Shown in pieces: positions 49,191 to 63,409 of a DNA stretch of 64,000 nucleotides. The position numbers and the translations under genes were made by a program. The notes below the pieces were generated by a model. That model was not told where the DNA came from, did no database searches, and saw only the letters and a program-made list of their open reading frames with translations. How positions within the stretch are numbered: the stretch's first letter is position 1; the number at the start of each line of letters is the position of its first letter. Source of the stretch: Candidatus Dormiibacterota bacterium (GTDB taxonomy: Bacteria; Chloroflexota; Dormibacteria; Aeolococcales; Aeolococcaceae); the NCBI GenBank assembly GCA_963718525.1, contig OY970355.1, forward strand, positions 1,792,001 through 1,856,000, in the 5' to 3' direction.

Positions 49191-50093
49191 GTGAGCGCGC
49201 CACCCGCCACCTTCTTCTATGGCGGCCAGGCGGTGATCGAAGGCGTGCTCATGCGCGGCCGGGATCGCTATGCGGTGGCCGCGCGCAGGCCGAACGGCGA
49301 GATCGCTGTGTGCACCGATGTGTTGCGCTCGCGCGTCTACACCGCAAGCGTCTGGCGCCGCCCATATCTTCGCGGCGTCGCCGGCCTGTACGAGACCATT
49401 CACCTGGGCATGCGCGCGCTGCAGTGGTCGGCGCTGGTGCAGCTCGGTCAGGACGCGGAAATCGGTGAGGGCGCGATTCGCGGCGCGATGATCGCGTCGC
49501 TGGTGTTCGCGCTCGCGCTGTTCATCGGCGCACCCCTGCTGCTCGGCAAACTGCTGCACCGCGGTGCGTCGCAGTCGATCACGGCCGTGCTCATCGAGGG
49601 CGTGATTCGCGCCGCGATCCTGATCCTCTACCTGCTGCTGATCGGTTTGATCCCGAATGTGCGCCGGCTGTTTCAGTATCACGGCGCCGAGCACATGGCG
49701 ATCAACGCGCTCGAGTCCGGCGACGCCATCGACGTTGCGCACGTTCGCGAGCGCAGCCGCCTCCATCCCCGCTGCGGCACTGGGTTTCTCGTCGTCGTCG
49801 CACTGGTGAGTGTCGGCGTCTTCGCCCCGCTCGGCCTGCTGCCCACGGCCGTGCGGCTGGTCTGTCAGATCGTGCTGGTCCCGGTGGTTGCAGCCGTGTC
49901 GTACGAGATCATCCGCGCGCTCGTCAGGGTCCGCACCACGCTGCCGGGACGGATCGCCCTGGCGCCGGTGCTCGGAACGCAGCTGCTGAGCACCCGCCGT
50001 CCCGTGGATGCGCAGATCGAGGTCGCCATTGCGGCACTCGATGCTGCTCGCGCCGGTGACACCGTCGTCTTCGAGGCGTCCGGAACGCGCTGA
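49191..50093 (+). CDS. DUF1385 domain membrane protein
   Basis: [28 protein letters not shown]; typical position before prfA. Confidence 0.9.
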   Translation: MSAPPATFFYGGQAVIEGVLMRGRDRYAVAARRPNGEIAVCTDVLRSRVYTASVWRRPYLRGVAGLYETIHLGMRALQWSALVQLGQDAEIGEGAIRGAMIASLVFALALFIGAPLLLGKLLHRGASQSITAVLIEGVIRAAILILYLLLIGLIPNVRRLFQYHGAEHMAINALESGDAIDVAHVRERSRLHPRCGTGFLVVVALVSVGVFAPLGLLPTAVRLVCQIVLVPVVAAVSYEIIRALVRVRTTLPGRIALAPVLGTQLLSTRRPVDAQIEVAIAALDAARAGDTVVFEASGTR

Positions 50094-50103
50094 GAGAGTT
50101 GCC

Positions 50104-51219
50104 ATGCCAGAGATGACACCGTTCGAACAGCGCCTCGCCGCGCTCGAGTCCCGCTACAACGAGCTCGAGACGCTGCTCAGCGCCCCCGACGCGTACCAGG
50201 ACCTCGAGCGCATCCAGCAGCTGTCGCGCGAGCAGGCCAAGCTCCGCGAGGTGGTGGAGGCGGCTCGACGCTGGCGCGATGCACAGGATGCGGCGCGCGA
50301 GGCCGACGAGATGATGCGTGCGGAGTCCGACCCGCAGATGATCGCCATGGCGGAGGAGGAGCATCAGGCCCAGCTCGCCGCCGCCGAGGCGGAGTACGAC
50401 CGGCTCCGCGCCCTGCTCCTGACCGAGGATCCCAATGACGAACGCGACGTCGTCGTCGAGATTCGCGCCGGCACGGGTGGCGACGAGGCAGCGCTCTTCG
50501 CCGCGGACCTCTTCCGCATGTATTCGCGATATGCGGAGCGGATGCGCTGGCGCATCGAGGTGCTCGACCAGAACGAGACCGCCGGGCACGGCTTCAAGGA
50601 GATCGTCTTCGAGGTGCACGGTCAGGGTGCGTACTCGCGGTTGAAGTTCGAATCGGGCGTGCACCGCGTGCAGCGTGTCCCGGACACCGAGGCGCAGGGA
50701 CGGATTCACACATCGGCCGCATCGGTTGTCGTGCTCCCCGAGGCGGACGACGTCGAGGTCGACCTCAATGACAACGACCTGAAGATCGACGTCTATCGCA
50801 GCACGGGACCCGGCGGTCAGAGCGTCAATACCACCAACTCCGCGGTGCGCATCACGCACCTCCCGACCGGACTCGTGGTGACGTGTCAGGACGAGAAGTC
50901 ACAGATCAAGAATCGTGCCAAGGCGATGCGCGTCCTTCGTGCGCGCCTCTACGACCTCGCCCAGGCGGAGCGTGACGCGGAGCTCAAGGCGACGCGCCGG
51001 TCAATGGTGGGCAGCGGCGACCGCAGCGAGAAGATCCGCACCTACAACTTTCCGCAGTCGCGCGTGACCGACCATCGCATCGACCTGACGCTGCATCAGC
51101 TCCAGCGCGTGCTCGACGGCGACCTCGACATGCTCATCGAGCCGCTGTCGAACGAGGACCAGGCGCGCCGCCTCCTCGAGGATGACAACGACGATGCTCC
51201 ATCCGGACACGCCGCCTGA
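50104..51219 (+). CDS. prfA: Peptide chain release factor 1
   Basis: VPDTE (PxT), [15 protein letters not shown]. Confidence 0.97.
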   Translation: MPEMTPFEQRLAALESRYNELETLLSAPDAYQDLERIQQLSREQAKLREVVEAARRWRDAQDAAREADEMMRAESDPQMIAMAEEEHQAQLAAAEAEYDRLRALLLTEDPNDERDVVVEIRAGTGGDEAALFAADLFRMYSRYAERMRWRIEVLDQNETAGHGFKEIVFEVHGQGAYSRLKFESGVHRVQRVPDTEAQGRIHTSAASVVVLPEADDVEVDLNDNDLKIDVYRSTGPGGQSVNTTNSAVRITHLPTGLVVTCQDEKSQIKNRAKAMRVLRARLYDLAQAERDAELKATRRSMVGSGDRSEKIRTYNFPQSRVTDHRIDLTLHQLQRVLDGDLDMLIEPLSNEDQARRLLEDDNDDAPSGHAA

Positions 51220-52078
51220 GGTGGCGACCGCCCCTCCAACGCTCATCGACGTGCTCCGGCTGAGCACGACGTACCTGGGTGACCACGGCAGCAGCTCGGC
51301 GCGGCTCGATTCCGAGCTGCTCTGCGCGCAGGCGCTCGGACTGCGCCGTCTCGACCTGTATCTGCAGTTCGACCGTCCTCTCGACGCCGAGGAGTTGACG
51401 TCGATACGCGAGCTGGTCCGGCGCCGGGGGAGGGGCGAGCCGGTGGCGTACATCACCGGGACCCGCGAGTTCTACGGACGGCCGTTCACGGTCACGCCCG
51501 ATGTGCTGGTGCCGCGACCCGACACCGAGACGCTCGTTGAGCGCGCCACCACATTCCTGCGCGCGAGGCCCGGCGCCGAGCTGCGCGTCGCCGACCTCGG
51601 CACCGGGAGCGGGTGCATCGCGATCACCGTCGCCGCCGAGATCCCGGGCATGCAGGTGGTGGCAACCGACGTCAGTCCGGCCGCACTCGAGGTTGCCCGC
51701 GCCAACGCGGCCGAGCTCGGCGTCGATGTCTCCTTTATGGAGTGCTCGTGGGCGGATGGGCTCGACGGCCGCTTCGACCTCATCGTCAGCAATCCGCCGT
51801 ACGTCACCACCGAGGAGCTCGAGGCCGTGGATCGCGACGTGCGCGACTTCGAGCCTCGCGGTGCGCTCCTGGGGGGCGATGATGGTCTCGATGCCTACAG
51901 GGCGCTGCTCACATCGGTCCGGGACAACGTGACCACGGCGCGACTGATGCTCGAGGTCGATCCGCGGCACGCCCAGGGAGTCGCAGCGCTGGTCAGCGCG
52001 ACGCTCGCGGGCGCCGTGACGTCGGAGGTGCCAGATCTCACCGGCCGCACCCGCGTTCTCGACGTCGAGATGCCGTGA
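51182..52078 (+). CDS. prmC: Release factor glutamine methyltransferase
   Basis: [29 protein letters not shown]. Confidence 0.95.
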   Translation: MTTTMLHPDTPPEVATAPPTLIDVLRLSTTYLGDHGSSSARLDSELLCAQALGLRRLDLYLQFDRPLDAEELTSIRELVRRRGRGEPVAYITGTREFYGRPFTVTPDVLVPRPDTETLVERATTFLRARPGAELRVADLGTGSGCIAITVAAEIPGMQVVATDVSPAALEVARANAAELGVDVSFMECSWADGLDGRFDLIVSNPPYVTTEELEAVDRDVRDFEPRGALLGGDDGLDAYRALLTSVRDNVTTARLMLEVDPRHAQGVAALVSATLAGAVTSEVPDLTGRTRVLDVEMP

Positions 52079-52692
52079 GCATCGACCAGGCGGTGGAGGC
52101 GATCCGGCGCGGCGGGGTGATCGCCATGCCCACGGACACGGTCTACGGGCTGGCCTGCGACCCGGCGAACACCGCCGCGGTGAGCCGGATCTACACCATC
52201 AAGCGCCGCCCCGACCGGCTCGAACTGACGCTGCTGGCCGCGTCGATCGCGGACTTCGCGGAGGACGTCGACCTCAACCCCGCGGCGCGACGGCTCGCCG
52301 ACGCGTACTGGCCGGGGCCGCTCTCGATCATCGCACCGCTGCGGGGCCACCGCTGGGCGATTCCGCGCGATGCCGACAGCCTGAGCGTTCGCGTCCCGGA
52401 TCACCCCATCGCCCTGGCGCTGCTCCGGCGCACCGGACCGCTCGCCACCACCAGCGCGAACCGCCACGGCGAGCCACCCGGCGACACCGCGCACGGCGTG
52501 GCCGCGGCCCTCGGCGCTGAGATCGACAACGTCCTCGACGGTGGTCCCTCGGGCGGACTTGCCTCGACTATCATCGACTGCACGACGATGACCCCTCGCG
52601 TACTCCGCGACGGCCCGATCAGCGCCGGCGCGTTGTTCTCGCTTCTTGGGGGCTCCACAGCAACCACCACGGAGGGGCAGCGATCGCAGTGA
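52075..52692 (+). CDS. tsaC: L-threonylcarbamoyladenylate synthase (Sua5/YrdC)
   Basis: PTDTVYGL, KRRP, WPGPL, TSANRHG. Confidence 0.93.
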   Translation: MSIDQAVEAIRRGGVIAMPTDTVYGLACDPANTAAVSRIYTIKRRPDRLELTLLAASIADFAEDVDLNPAARRLADAYWPGPLSIIAPLRGHRWAIPRDADSLSVRVPDHPIALALLRRTGPLATTSANRHGEPPGDTAHGVAAALGAEIDNVLDGGPSGGLASTIIDCTTMTPRVLRDGPISAGALFSLLGGSTATTTEGQRSQ

Positions 52693-54002
52693 CCGGCATT
52701 GATGTCGACATCCGCTCGGACGCCCAGACCGGCGCCGGCTTCACCGACAAGCTCGCCGTGCGCGCCACCGATCCGGAGCTCGCTGACCTCCTCGAAGAGG
52801 AGCTGGAGCGCCAGGAGGAGACGCTCGAGCTGATCCCCTCGGAGAACCTCGCCTCGGTTGCGGTGCTCGAGGCGCTCGGCTCGTGGCTCAACAACAAGTA
52901 CGCCGAGGGGGTCCCCGGCAAGCGGTACTACGGCGGCTGCCAGGTCGTCGACAAGGTCGAGAACCTCGCCCGCGATCGCGCCAAGGCGCTCTTCGGCGCC
53001 GAGCACGCCAACGTCCAGCCCCACTCAGGCACCGAGGCGAACATGGCCGTCTACGCGAGCGTGCTGAGCCCCGGCGACAAGGTCCTCGGCATGGCGCTCG
53101 ACCAGGGTGGCCACCTCAGCCACGGGTCGCCGGTGAGCTTCAGCGGCAAGATCTATCACTTCGAGCCGTATTTCGTCGACGAGACCACAGGCGTCCTCGA
53201 CATGGATTCGGTTCGAGAGCGAGCCCTGGAGTTCCGTCCCAAGATGATCGTCGCCGGGTACAGCTCGTACCCCCGCATCCTCGACTTCGCGGCCTTCGCG
53301 GAGATCGCGCGCGAGGTCGACGCCTACCTGATGGTCGACATGGCCCACTTCGCAGGCCTGGTCGCCGGCGGCGCACACCCGAGCCCGGTTCCCCATGCCG
53401 ACTTCGTGACCTTCACGACCCACAAGACGATGCGCGGACCGTGGGGCGGGGCGATCCTCTGCGGCGCCGAGCACGCCGACCAGATCGACAAGGCCGTCTG
53501 CCCGAACGTCCAGGGCGGACCGCAGATGCACGCCATCGCCGCCAAGGCGGTGATGTTCCAGCAGTGCGCGCAGCCGGCATTCCGCGAGTACGCTCGCGCG
53601 GTCGTGATCAATGCCAAGGCGATGGCCGCCGGCCTGATGCGCCGCGGCTTGGAGCTGACCACCGGGGGGACCGACAACCACCTGATGGTCATCGATCTCC
53701 GTCCGACAGGCCTGCGCGGCCGGGCTGTCCAGGCCGCCTTCGACGAGGTGGGTGTCACCGTCAACGCCAACGCATTCCCCGGACACGGCGGGACACCGTT
53801 CAATCCCAACGGCATCAGGCTCGGCACTCCCGCGGTGACCTCGCGGGGAATGGGTGAGGCGGAGATGGACGAGATCGCGGACCTGGTGGCGCGGATGCTC
53901 GGTGGCTTCGACGATCCCGCAGTCCGTGCGGAGGTTCGCAAGGGCAGCCTGGCGCTGTGCCGGAGGTTCCCGCTGCCCTACCGAGGCAACTCCACCGCGT
54001 GA
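52689..54002 (+). CDS. glyA: Serine hydroxymethyltransferase
   Basis: LIPSEN, KYAEG, GGHLSHG, TTHKTMRGP, GTDNH. Confidence 0.97.
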   Translation: MTGIDVDIRSDAQTGAGFTDKLAVRATDPELADLLEEELERQEETLELIPSENLASVAVLEALGSWLNNKYAEGVPGKRYYGGCQVVDKVENLARDRAKALFGAEHANVQPHSGTEANMAVYASVLSPGDKVLGMALDQGGHLSHGSPVSFSGKIYHFEPYFVDETTGVLDMDSVRERALEFRPKMIVAGYSSYPRILDFAAFAEIAREVDAYLMVDMAHFAGLVAGGAHPSPVPHADFVTFTTHKTMRGPWGGAILCGAEHADQIDKAVCPNVQGGPQMHAIAAKAVMFQQCAQPAFREYARAVVINAKAMAAGLMRRGLELTTGGTDNHLMVIDLRPTGLRGRAVQAAFDEVGVTVNANAFPGHGGTPFNPNGIRLGTPAVTSRGMGEAEMDEIADLVARMLGGFDDPAVRAEVRKGSLALCRRFPLPYRGNSTA

Positions 54003-55150
54003 TTGCCGCCGTCCCGTCGCCCTGGCTGAACGCCCTGCCACCGTTCCTCGTCGCGAGTGCGGTGTGCATCGCCGCAGTGCCCGGGTCGATGTGGCTGGCG
54101 CGGCGAACCGGGGCGGTGGCGCATCCGGACGCGGACCGTCATCTGCATCCGACCCCGACCCCCCGGCTGGGCGGCATCGCCATGTTCGTGGGATTCGCGA
54201 TCGCCATCGCGCTGTTCGGGTCGGTCATCACCGACCGCTGGCAGGTGCTCGCGGTCACCGGGGCGATCACCGTGGCCATGGCCATCGACGACATCCTCGA
54301 CCTCTCGTGGCTCAGCAAGCTCGGCATCGAGATCGGCGTCGGCGTGCTCGCGGTGCTGCTCGGGATCGTGATCACCACCATCGCGATCCCCGGAAGCCAC
54401 ACCCCGTCGGTGTGGGACCTGATGTGGCTGTCCGCACCCGTGACTGTCGTGTGGCTGGTGGGCATGCAGGTGTCGGTGAACCTGCTCGACGGCGCGGACG
54501 GCGTCGCGGCGGGAGTCATCGCCATCGTGGCGGCCGTCTGCCTGCTCGCCGCCATCAACCGCATCGAGGGTCCGGCCGATGTGCAGAGCGGCGTGGTGAT
54601 CATGAGCGGCGCGATCATGGGCTGCTGCCTCGGCTTCCTGGTCTTCAACCTCCCGCCGGCCCGCGTCTTCATGGGGGACTCCGGGTCCCATTTCCTCGGC
54701 GTCGCGCTCGGCGTGATTACCATCCTTGGTGTCGCCAAGGTCGTCGTCGGGCTCTCGATCCTGGTGCCGCTGATCGCCCTCGGCCTCCCCATCGGCGATA
54801 CCGCGTTCGCGATCGTCCGGCGCACGCTCGCCGGCCGGAACCCCGCGGCGCCGGACGCCGGCCACCTCCATCACCGCCTGCGCGCCGTCGGGCTGAACCC
54901 GCTCGAGACCGCGGTCACCTTCTATCTGGTGACCGGGATCCTCGGCTGCCTGGCGCTCACCATCTACGGACATCGCCGCATCATCGACCTGGCCCTCGGG
55001 CTGATGATCGTTGCGCTGGCTGTGCTGATCTGGCGCAACCGGCGCAAGGTCCCGCGCCTCCCTTTCGTGGCCATGGATGAAAGTGAGGTTCAGGTTGACG
55101 GTCATCGGGCCTTGCCGAGCCACATCCACCACCGAGGCGAGGTCGACTGA
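53999..55150 (+). CDS. WecA/TagO-type polyprenyl-phosphate GlcNAc-1-phosphate transferase (MraY family)
   Basis: TPRLGG, IDD, NLLDGADG, FMGDSGS, HLHHRL. Confidence 0.92.
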   Translation: MIAAVPSPWLNALPPFLVASAVCIAAVPGSMWLARRTGAVAHPDADRHLHPTPTPRLGGIAMFVGFAIAIALFGSVITDRWQVLAVTGAITVAMAIDDILDLSWLSKLGIEIGVGVLAVLLGIVITTIAIPGSHTPSVWDLMWLSAPVTVVWLVGMQVSVNLLDGADGVAAGVIAIVAAVCLLAAINRIEGPADVQSGVVIMSGAIMGCCLGFLVFNLPPARVFMGDSGSHFLGVALGVITILGVAKVVVGLSILVPLIALGLPIGDTAFAIVRRTLAGRNPAAPDAGHLHHRLRAVGLNPLETAVTFYLVTGILGCLALTIYGHRRIIDLALGLMIVALAVLIWRNRRKVPRLPFVAMDESEVQVDGHRALPSHIHHRGEVD

Positions 55151-55359
55151 GCAGCTCGCCGGCTCCCCGCAAGCCCTCCGGCGCCCAGCTCGCGGGCATG
55201 GGAGTGTCCATCGCCGTCGCGCTGATCGTGCCCCTCCTGCTCGGCGTCGGCATCGACGCGTTCCTGCACACGAGCCCGATCGGGGTGCTGATCGGACTGC
55301 TCGTCGGCATCACGGCCTCGTGCTACACGGCGTTCGCCCAGTTCAGACCGTTCGTCTGA
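55147..55359 (+). CDS. AtpZ/ATP synthase gene-1 family small membrane protein (not in ORF track)
   Basis: MGVSIAVALIVPLLLGVGIDAFLHTSPIGVLIGLLVG...FRPFV*; start either CTG 55147 or ATG 55198. Confidence 0.8.
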   Translation: MSSSPAPRKPSGAQLAGMGVSIAVALIVPLLLGVGIDAFLHTSPIGVLIGLLVGITASCYTAFAQFRPFV

Positions 55360-55440
55360 TTCATCGCTGGTCCGTCTCGCGAGGTCCAGTTGATATCGTT
55401 GCCTTGGTTTGACAGTCCAAGTAAGGCAGTGGTGGTAGAG

Positions 55441-55824
55441 GTGATCTCGGAAGGTACGTCTCCACGCCCAGCTCCATCGGCGAATGCGCTGCGCCTCGTT
55501 CGTAACGCGGCGATCGTCTGCGCCGCAGCCGCGGTCGTTGCCGCCGTCGTCGGCATCGTTCTCGGCCATGCCGGCCCTGGCGGTGCGCTGGCCACCGGCC
55601 TCGCCATCGGGTCGATCAACGGCGCGCTCGCAGCCCGGCTGATCGCGCTGCCGATTCCGTTTCTGGCGACCAGCCTGCTGCGGGTGCTGACCCTGAGCAT
55701 GATCGGGATCGCGATTGGCCTTGCCTTCGGGCTCGCCAACATCTGGCTGGTGATCCTCGGCCTCGGGGTTGCCCAGGTGGTCCTTGCCGTCGCCGCTCTG
55801 CGCGAATCGCTGCGGACCGCATGA
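55441..55824 (+). CDS. ATP synthase subunit I-like membrane protein
   Basis: Four hydrophobic segments, GLAIGSIN; directly before atpB. Confidence 0.75.
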   Translation: MISEGTSPRPAPSANALRLVRNAAIVCAAAAVVAAVVGIVLGHAGPGGALATGLAIGSINGALAARLIALPIPFLATSLLRVLTLSMIGIAIGLAFGLANIWLVILGLGVAQVVLAVAALRESLRTA

Positions 55825-56648
55825 TCCTCGCCGACGCCATCCCGGGAACGCATCCCACGATCCAGGTGTGCGGTAACGCATTCCTCTGCACGTTCAACTA
55901 CGACACGCTCATCTCCAGCGGGATTGCGATTGTGCTGACCCTCGCACTCGGCTTCGGGGTCGCGTACCGGCTGGGGCATGGCAAGCCCGGGCGCCTGCAG
56001 ATGGTGCTCGAGCTGTTGCTCGGCTACATACGCAACCTGACCAAGGAGATGGTGTCCGAGGAAGGATCGGGATTCATCCTGCCGATCGCTGCCACCATTT
56101 TCATCTTCATCCTGCTCGCGAACTGGCTCGACGCGTTTCCGCTGGCACAGCCGGTGGAGCCGGCCGCCGCCGACATCAACCTCACCATCGCGATGGCGAT
56201 CGCCGTGATTGTCATCGTGCAGTGGTACAGCATCCACGTTCTCGGGTTTCGCGGCTACCTGCGGCGCTTCACGAAACCATTCGAGCTACCCCTGATCGGC
56301 CGGATCGCCTTCACGCCGCTGAATATCATCGAGGAGTTCGCCAAGCCGCTCAGCCTCGCACTTCGGTTGTTCGGCAACATCTTCGGTGGCCTGGTCATGG
56401 TGTACCTCCTGACCCTTGCCTACACCGCCTTCGCGGGCTCGTCATTCATCCAGACCGCGCTTTCGCCAGTCTGGATCATCCTGCTTGTCGTCTGGAAGCT
56501 CTTTGACGTCTTCGTCATCGGCACCATCCAGGCTTTCATCTTCATGCTTCTGACCATCATTTATTTCGGCATGGCCCGTGAAGGTCTCGAGGAAGAGCAT
56601 CACGGCGCAGCAGCACACACCAACGAGATGAGGAGAGAGACCACATGA
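55821..56648 (+). CDS. atpB: ATP synthase Fo subunit a
   Basis: [25 protein letters not shown]. Confidence 0.96.
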   Translation: MILADAIPGTHPTIQVCGNAFLCTFNYDTLISSGIAIVLTLALGFGVAYRLGHGKPGRLQMVLELLLGYIRNLTKEMVSEEGSGFILPIAATIFIFILLANWLDAFPLAQPVEPAAADINLTIAMAIAVIVIVQWYSIHVLGFRGYLRRFTKPFELPLIGRIAFTPLNIIEEFAKPLSLALRLFGNIFGGLVMVYLLTLAYTAFAGSSFIQTALSPVWIILLVVWKLFDVFVIGTIQAFIFMLLTIIYFGMAREGLEEEHHGAAAHTNEMRRETT

Positions 56649-56899
56649 ACCATGCGCTTGCAGTAATGGGCGGACTGATCGCGGCCGGGCTCGCACTGGG
56701 CGGAGGAGCGATCGGGGCAGCAATCGGTGACGGTCTTGCGGGCAACGCGACGATCGCCGGCACCGCCCGTCAGCCTGAGGCGCAGGGACGTCTTCAGGTC
56801 ACCATGTTCCTGATCATCGGTCTGGTTGAAGGCATGTACTTCATCAACCTGGCGCTCGGATTCTTCTTCATCTACGTCATCGCCGCGGGCGTGAAGTAG
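56645..56899 (+). CDS. atpE: ATP synthase Fo subunit c
   Basis: [19 protein letters not shown]. Confidence 0.97.
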   Translation: MNHALAVMGGLIAAGLALGGGAIGAAIGDGLAGNATIAGTARQPEAQGRLQVTMFLIIGLVEGMYFINLALGFFFIYVIAAGVK

Positions 56900-56913
56900 G
56901 AAGCGTGGTCACG

Positions 56914-57450
56914 ATGATTGCCTCTCAGCCGGCTGAACTCCTCACGCCCAATGGGACGTTCTTTGCCGAGCTGATCGCGTTCATCCTGATGATCCTTGTC
57001 CTCGGGAGATGGGTGTATCCGCGGATCATCGCCGCGGCCACGGAACGCGAGAGCAAGATCGAGGCGGGACTGCGCGCGGCGCAGGAAGCCGAGGAGCGCC
57101 TGGCCAAGGTGCAGGAGCAGGTCGAGAAGACGCTCGACGAGGCGCGCGCCCAGGCTCGCGAGATCCTCAACCGCTCGCACCAGGGGGCGACGGCGGACGC
57201 CGCGGAAGTCATTGCCAAGGCACGGGCCGAAGCGGAGGCGCTGATCGAGCGCGCACGCGGCGAGATCGGCGCGGAGCGTGACCGCGCCATCCAGGACCTG
57301 CGCGCCGAAGTGGCCAACATGGTCGTCGAGGCGACTCAGGTCGTGCTGGGAGCCGCGATCGATGCGAAGGCGCACGAGCGGCTCATCGACGAGGCACTGC
57401 AGAAGGTCGGGACCAACCCGGCCGCGGCTGCAAAGGCCGACAAGAACTGA
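56914..57450 (+). CDS. atpF: ATP synthase Fo subunit b
   Basis: PNGTFFAELIAF TM then coiled coil; alternative start 56905. Confidence 0.94.
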   Translation: MIASQPAELLTPNGTFFAELIAFILMILVLGRWVYPRIIAAATERESKIEAGLRAAQEAEERLAKVQEQVEKTLDEARAQAREILNRSHQGATADAAEVIAKARAEAEALIERARGEIGAERDRAIQDLRAEVANMVVEATQVVLGAAIDAKAHERLIDEALQKVGTNPAAAAKADKN

Positions 57451-57451
57451 C

Positions 57452-57982
57452 GTGGAACGCGCGAGCATCATCGCCCGTCGCTATGCGGAGGCGTACTTCG
57501 CGCTCGCCCAGGAGGCGGGTGACATCGCCGGCTGGCGTGACCAGCTCGCGGCCGTTGTCGAAGCGCTCGGCGATGCAGCGGTCAGCGAGGCGCTGGAGAA
57601 TCCCAGGACCAGTCTCGCGGATCGGGTCCGCGAAGGCATGCGACTCCTCGAGGGCGTCTCACCGGAAGCGCGCAACCTTGCGCGGCTGCTCATCGAGCGC
57701 CGCCGCGTGGGCATCGTCCGCGAGATCCTCGCCCATTACGACGCCCTCGCGGACAAGGCATCCGGCGTCGTGCGCGCCGAGGTCATCGCCGCGATCCCGG
57801 TCAGTGACGCGCTCGAGAAGCGTATTCGCGATTCGCTGCGCAAGCAGCTCGGCAGCGACGTGGAAACCACCGTGCGCACTGACCCGTCGATCATCGGCGG
57901 CCTCGTGATCCGCATCGGCGATCGGGTCATCGACGACAGCCTGCGCACGCATCTACAGCAACTGCAGGCAGCACTTGCCTGA
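57452..57982 (+). CDS. atpH: ATP synthase F1 subunit delta
   Basis: ARRYAEA, DPSIIGGLVIRIGDRVIDDS. Confidence 0.95.
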   Translation: MERASIIARRYAEAYFALAQEAGDIAGWRDQLAAVVEALGDAAVSEALENPRTSLADRVREGMRLLEGVSPEARNLARLLIERRRVGIVREILAHYDALADKASGVVRAEVIAAIPVSDALEKRIRDSLRKQLGSDVETTVRTDPSIIGGLVIRIGDRVIDDSLRTHLQQLQAALA

Positions 57983-58008
57983 GATGAGAGAGAGGAACAA
58001 CTAGCCTG

Positions 58009-59532
<1,524 letters not shown>

Positions 59533-59585
59533 TCGTGCGCGTCCCCAGCTGCGCCACCCGTCGCATCTGCAGAGGCTGACGTTCG

Positions 59586-61927
<2,342 letters not shown>

Positions 61928-61932
61928 CTGCG

Positions 61933-62358
61933 ATGGCCAAGCTTCAGGTCGAACTCGTCACCCCGGAAGGTCGCGTCTTCAGCGAGGAAGCCGACTTCGT
62001 GCTCGCGCCGGGCGTGGAAGGCGACCTCGGGGTCCTTCCGCAACACATCGCGCTGCTCACCCCACTGCGCACAGGGGTCGTGACCATTCGCAACGAGGAC
62101 GCCGAGCACGTGCTCGTGGTCTCGGGTGGGTTTCTCGAGGTCCTGCCCGACAAGGTGACGATCCTCGCGGATGCCGCCGAACGCGCCGAGGATATCGATG
62201 AGCAGCGTGCCGAGGAGGCGCGCAAGCGGGCGCAGGAACTCCTCACCCAGGAGGTGGGCAATCAGGAGGCCGTGATGGCGCTCGAGCGTGCCACCTTGCA
62301 ACTCCAGGTCGCGGAGATCAGGCGCCGCCGTCACGGGCATTCGCCGCCTCCTCAATGA
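61933..62358 (+). CDS. atpC: ATP synthase F1 subunit epsilon
   Basis: ELVTPE, GDLGVLPQH, VSGGFLEV. Confidence 0.96.
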   Translation: MAKLQVELVTPEGRVFSEEADFVLAPGVEGDLGVLPQHIALLTPLRTGVVTIRNEDAEHVLVVSGGFLEVLPDKVTILADAAERAEDIDEQRAEEARKRAQELLTQEVGNQEAVMALERATLQLQVAEIRRRRHGHSPPPQ

Positions 62359-63407
62359 CGTCGCCGCCGGGGCTCGACCTGGACGCGCTCGCTGCGTACC
62401 TGGCGCCCCGCGTGGATGGACTCGCGGGCGCGCTCCGCGGCGAGGTGATCGCCGGCGGACGCTCGAACCTCACGTACATCGTCGACGACGGAGAGCGCCG
62501 TTTCGTGGTTCGCCGGCCGCCGCTCGCGCACGTGCTCCCCACCGCGCATGACATGGCGCGCGAATATCGCGTGCTCGCGGCGTTGCAGGGCACCGGAATC
62601 CCCGTGCCTCGGGTGATCGCCCTCTGCGAGGACGAGTCGGTGATCGGTGCACGCTTCTACGTCATGGAATGGATCGACGGCCACGTGGTCCGCAACACCC
62701 TCCCGGTCGAGTTTGCCGACACAACGGAGACGCGGCAGGCGATGTCGGCGGCGCTTGTCGGCACGCTGTTGCAGCTGCATCGCATCGACCCGGACGCTGT
62801 AGGGCTTGGGGACTTCGGTCATCCCGATGGGTTTCTCGCCCGCCAGGTGCGGCGCTGGTGGCAGCAGTGGGAGGCGTCGAAGACCCGCGAGCTGCCGAGC
62901 ATCGAGGCTTTGCACCGGCAGCTCGCGGAGTCGGTACCGGCACCATCGCCGCCAGGGATCGTCCATGGCGACTACCGGCTCGACAACGTCATGTACGCGC
63001 CGGCCGATCCGTCGCGCATCGTGGCCGTGATCGACTGGGAGATGTGCACGATCGGCGACCCGCTCTGCGACGTCGGCCTGCTCTGCGTGTACTGGGCCGA
63101 TGACGAGTCGGAGGCGGCGGCGCGCACGCTGCACGGCCGCGCCATCACCGTCGAGGACGGCTTCTACAAGCGGGCCGACCTGCTCCGCGATTACGCTGCG
63201 GGGACGCAGCGCGACCTGAGCTCGCTCGACTGGTACATCGCGCTCGGCGCATACAAGCTCGCGATCATCGCGGAGGGAATCACCGCGCGATTCCTGATGG
63301 GGATGACCGTCGGCGAGGGCTTCGAGACGATGGGGGAGATGGTGCCGGCCATCGTCGAGGGTGGCCTCGAAGCCTTGGCCCGGCTGGGTTCCACCGAAGG
63401 AGGCTGA
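62355..63407 (+). CDS. APH-family phosphotransferase (ACAD10/11 kinase-domain-like)
   Basis: GGRSNLTY, AHDMAREY, HGDYRLDN, DWE. Confidence 0.9.
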   Translation: MTSPPGLDLDALAAYLAPRVDGLAGALRGEVIAGGRSNLTYIVDDGERRFVVRRPPLAHVLPTAHDMAREYRVLAALQGTGIPVPRVIALCEDESVIGARFYVMEWIDGHVVRNTLPVEFADTTETRQAMSAALVGTLLQLHRIDPDAVGLGDFGHPDGFLARQVRRWWQQWEASKTRELPSIEALHRQLAESVPAPSPPGIVHGDYRLDNVMYAPADPSRIVAVIDWEMCTIGDPLCDVGLLCVYWADDESEAAARTLHGRAITVEDGFYKRADLLRDYAAGTQRDLSSLDWYIALGAYKLAIIAEGITARFLMGMTVGEGFETMGEMVPAIVEGGLEALARLGSTEGG

Positions 63408-63409
63408 AC

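Noticed and set aside
55409-55440. TTGACA as an atp promoter -35
   Set aside because: No acceptable -10 hexamer at 16-18 nt spacing.
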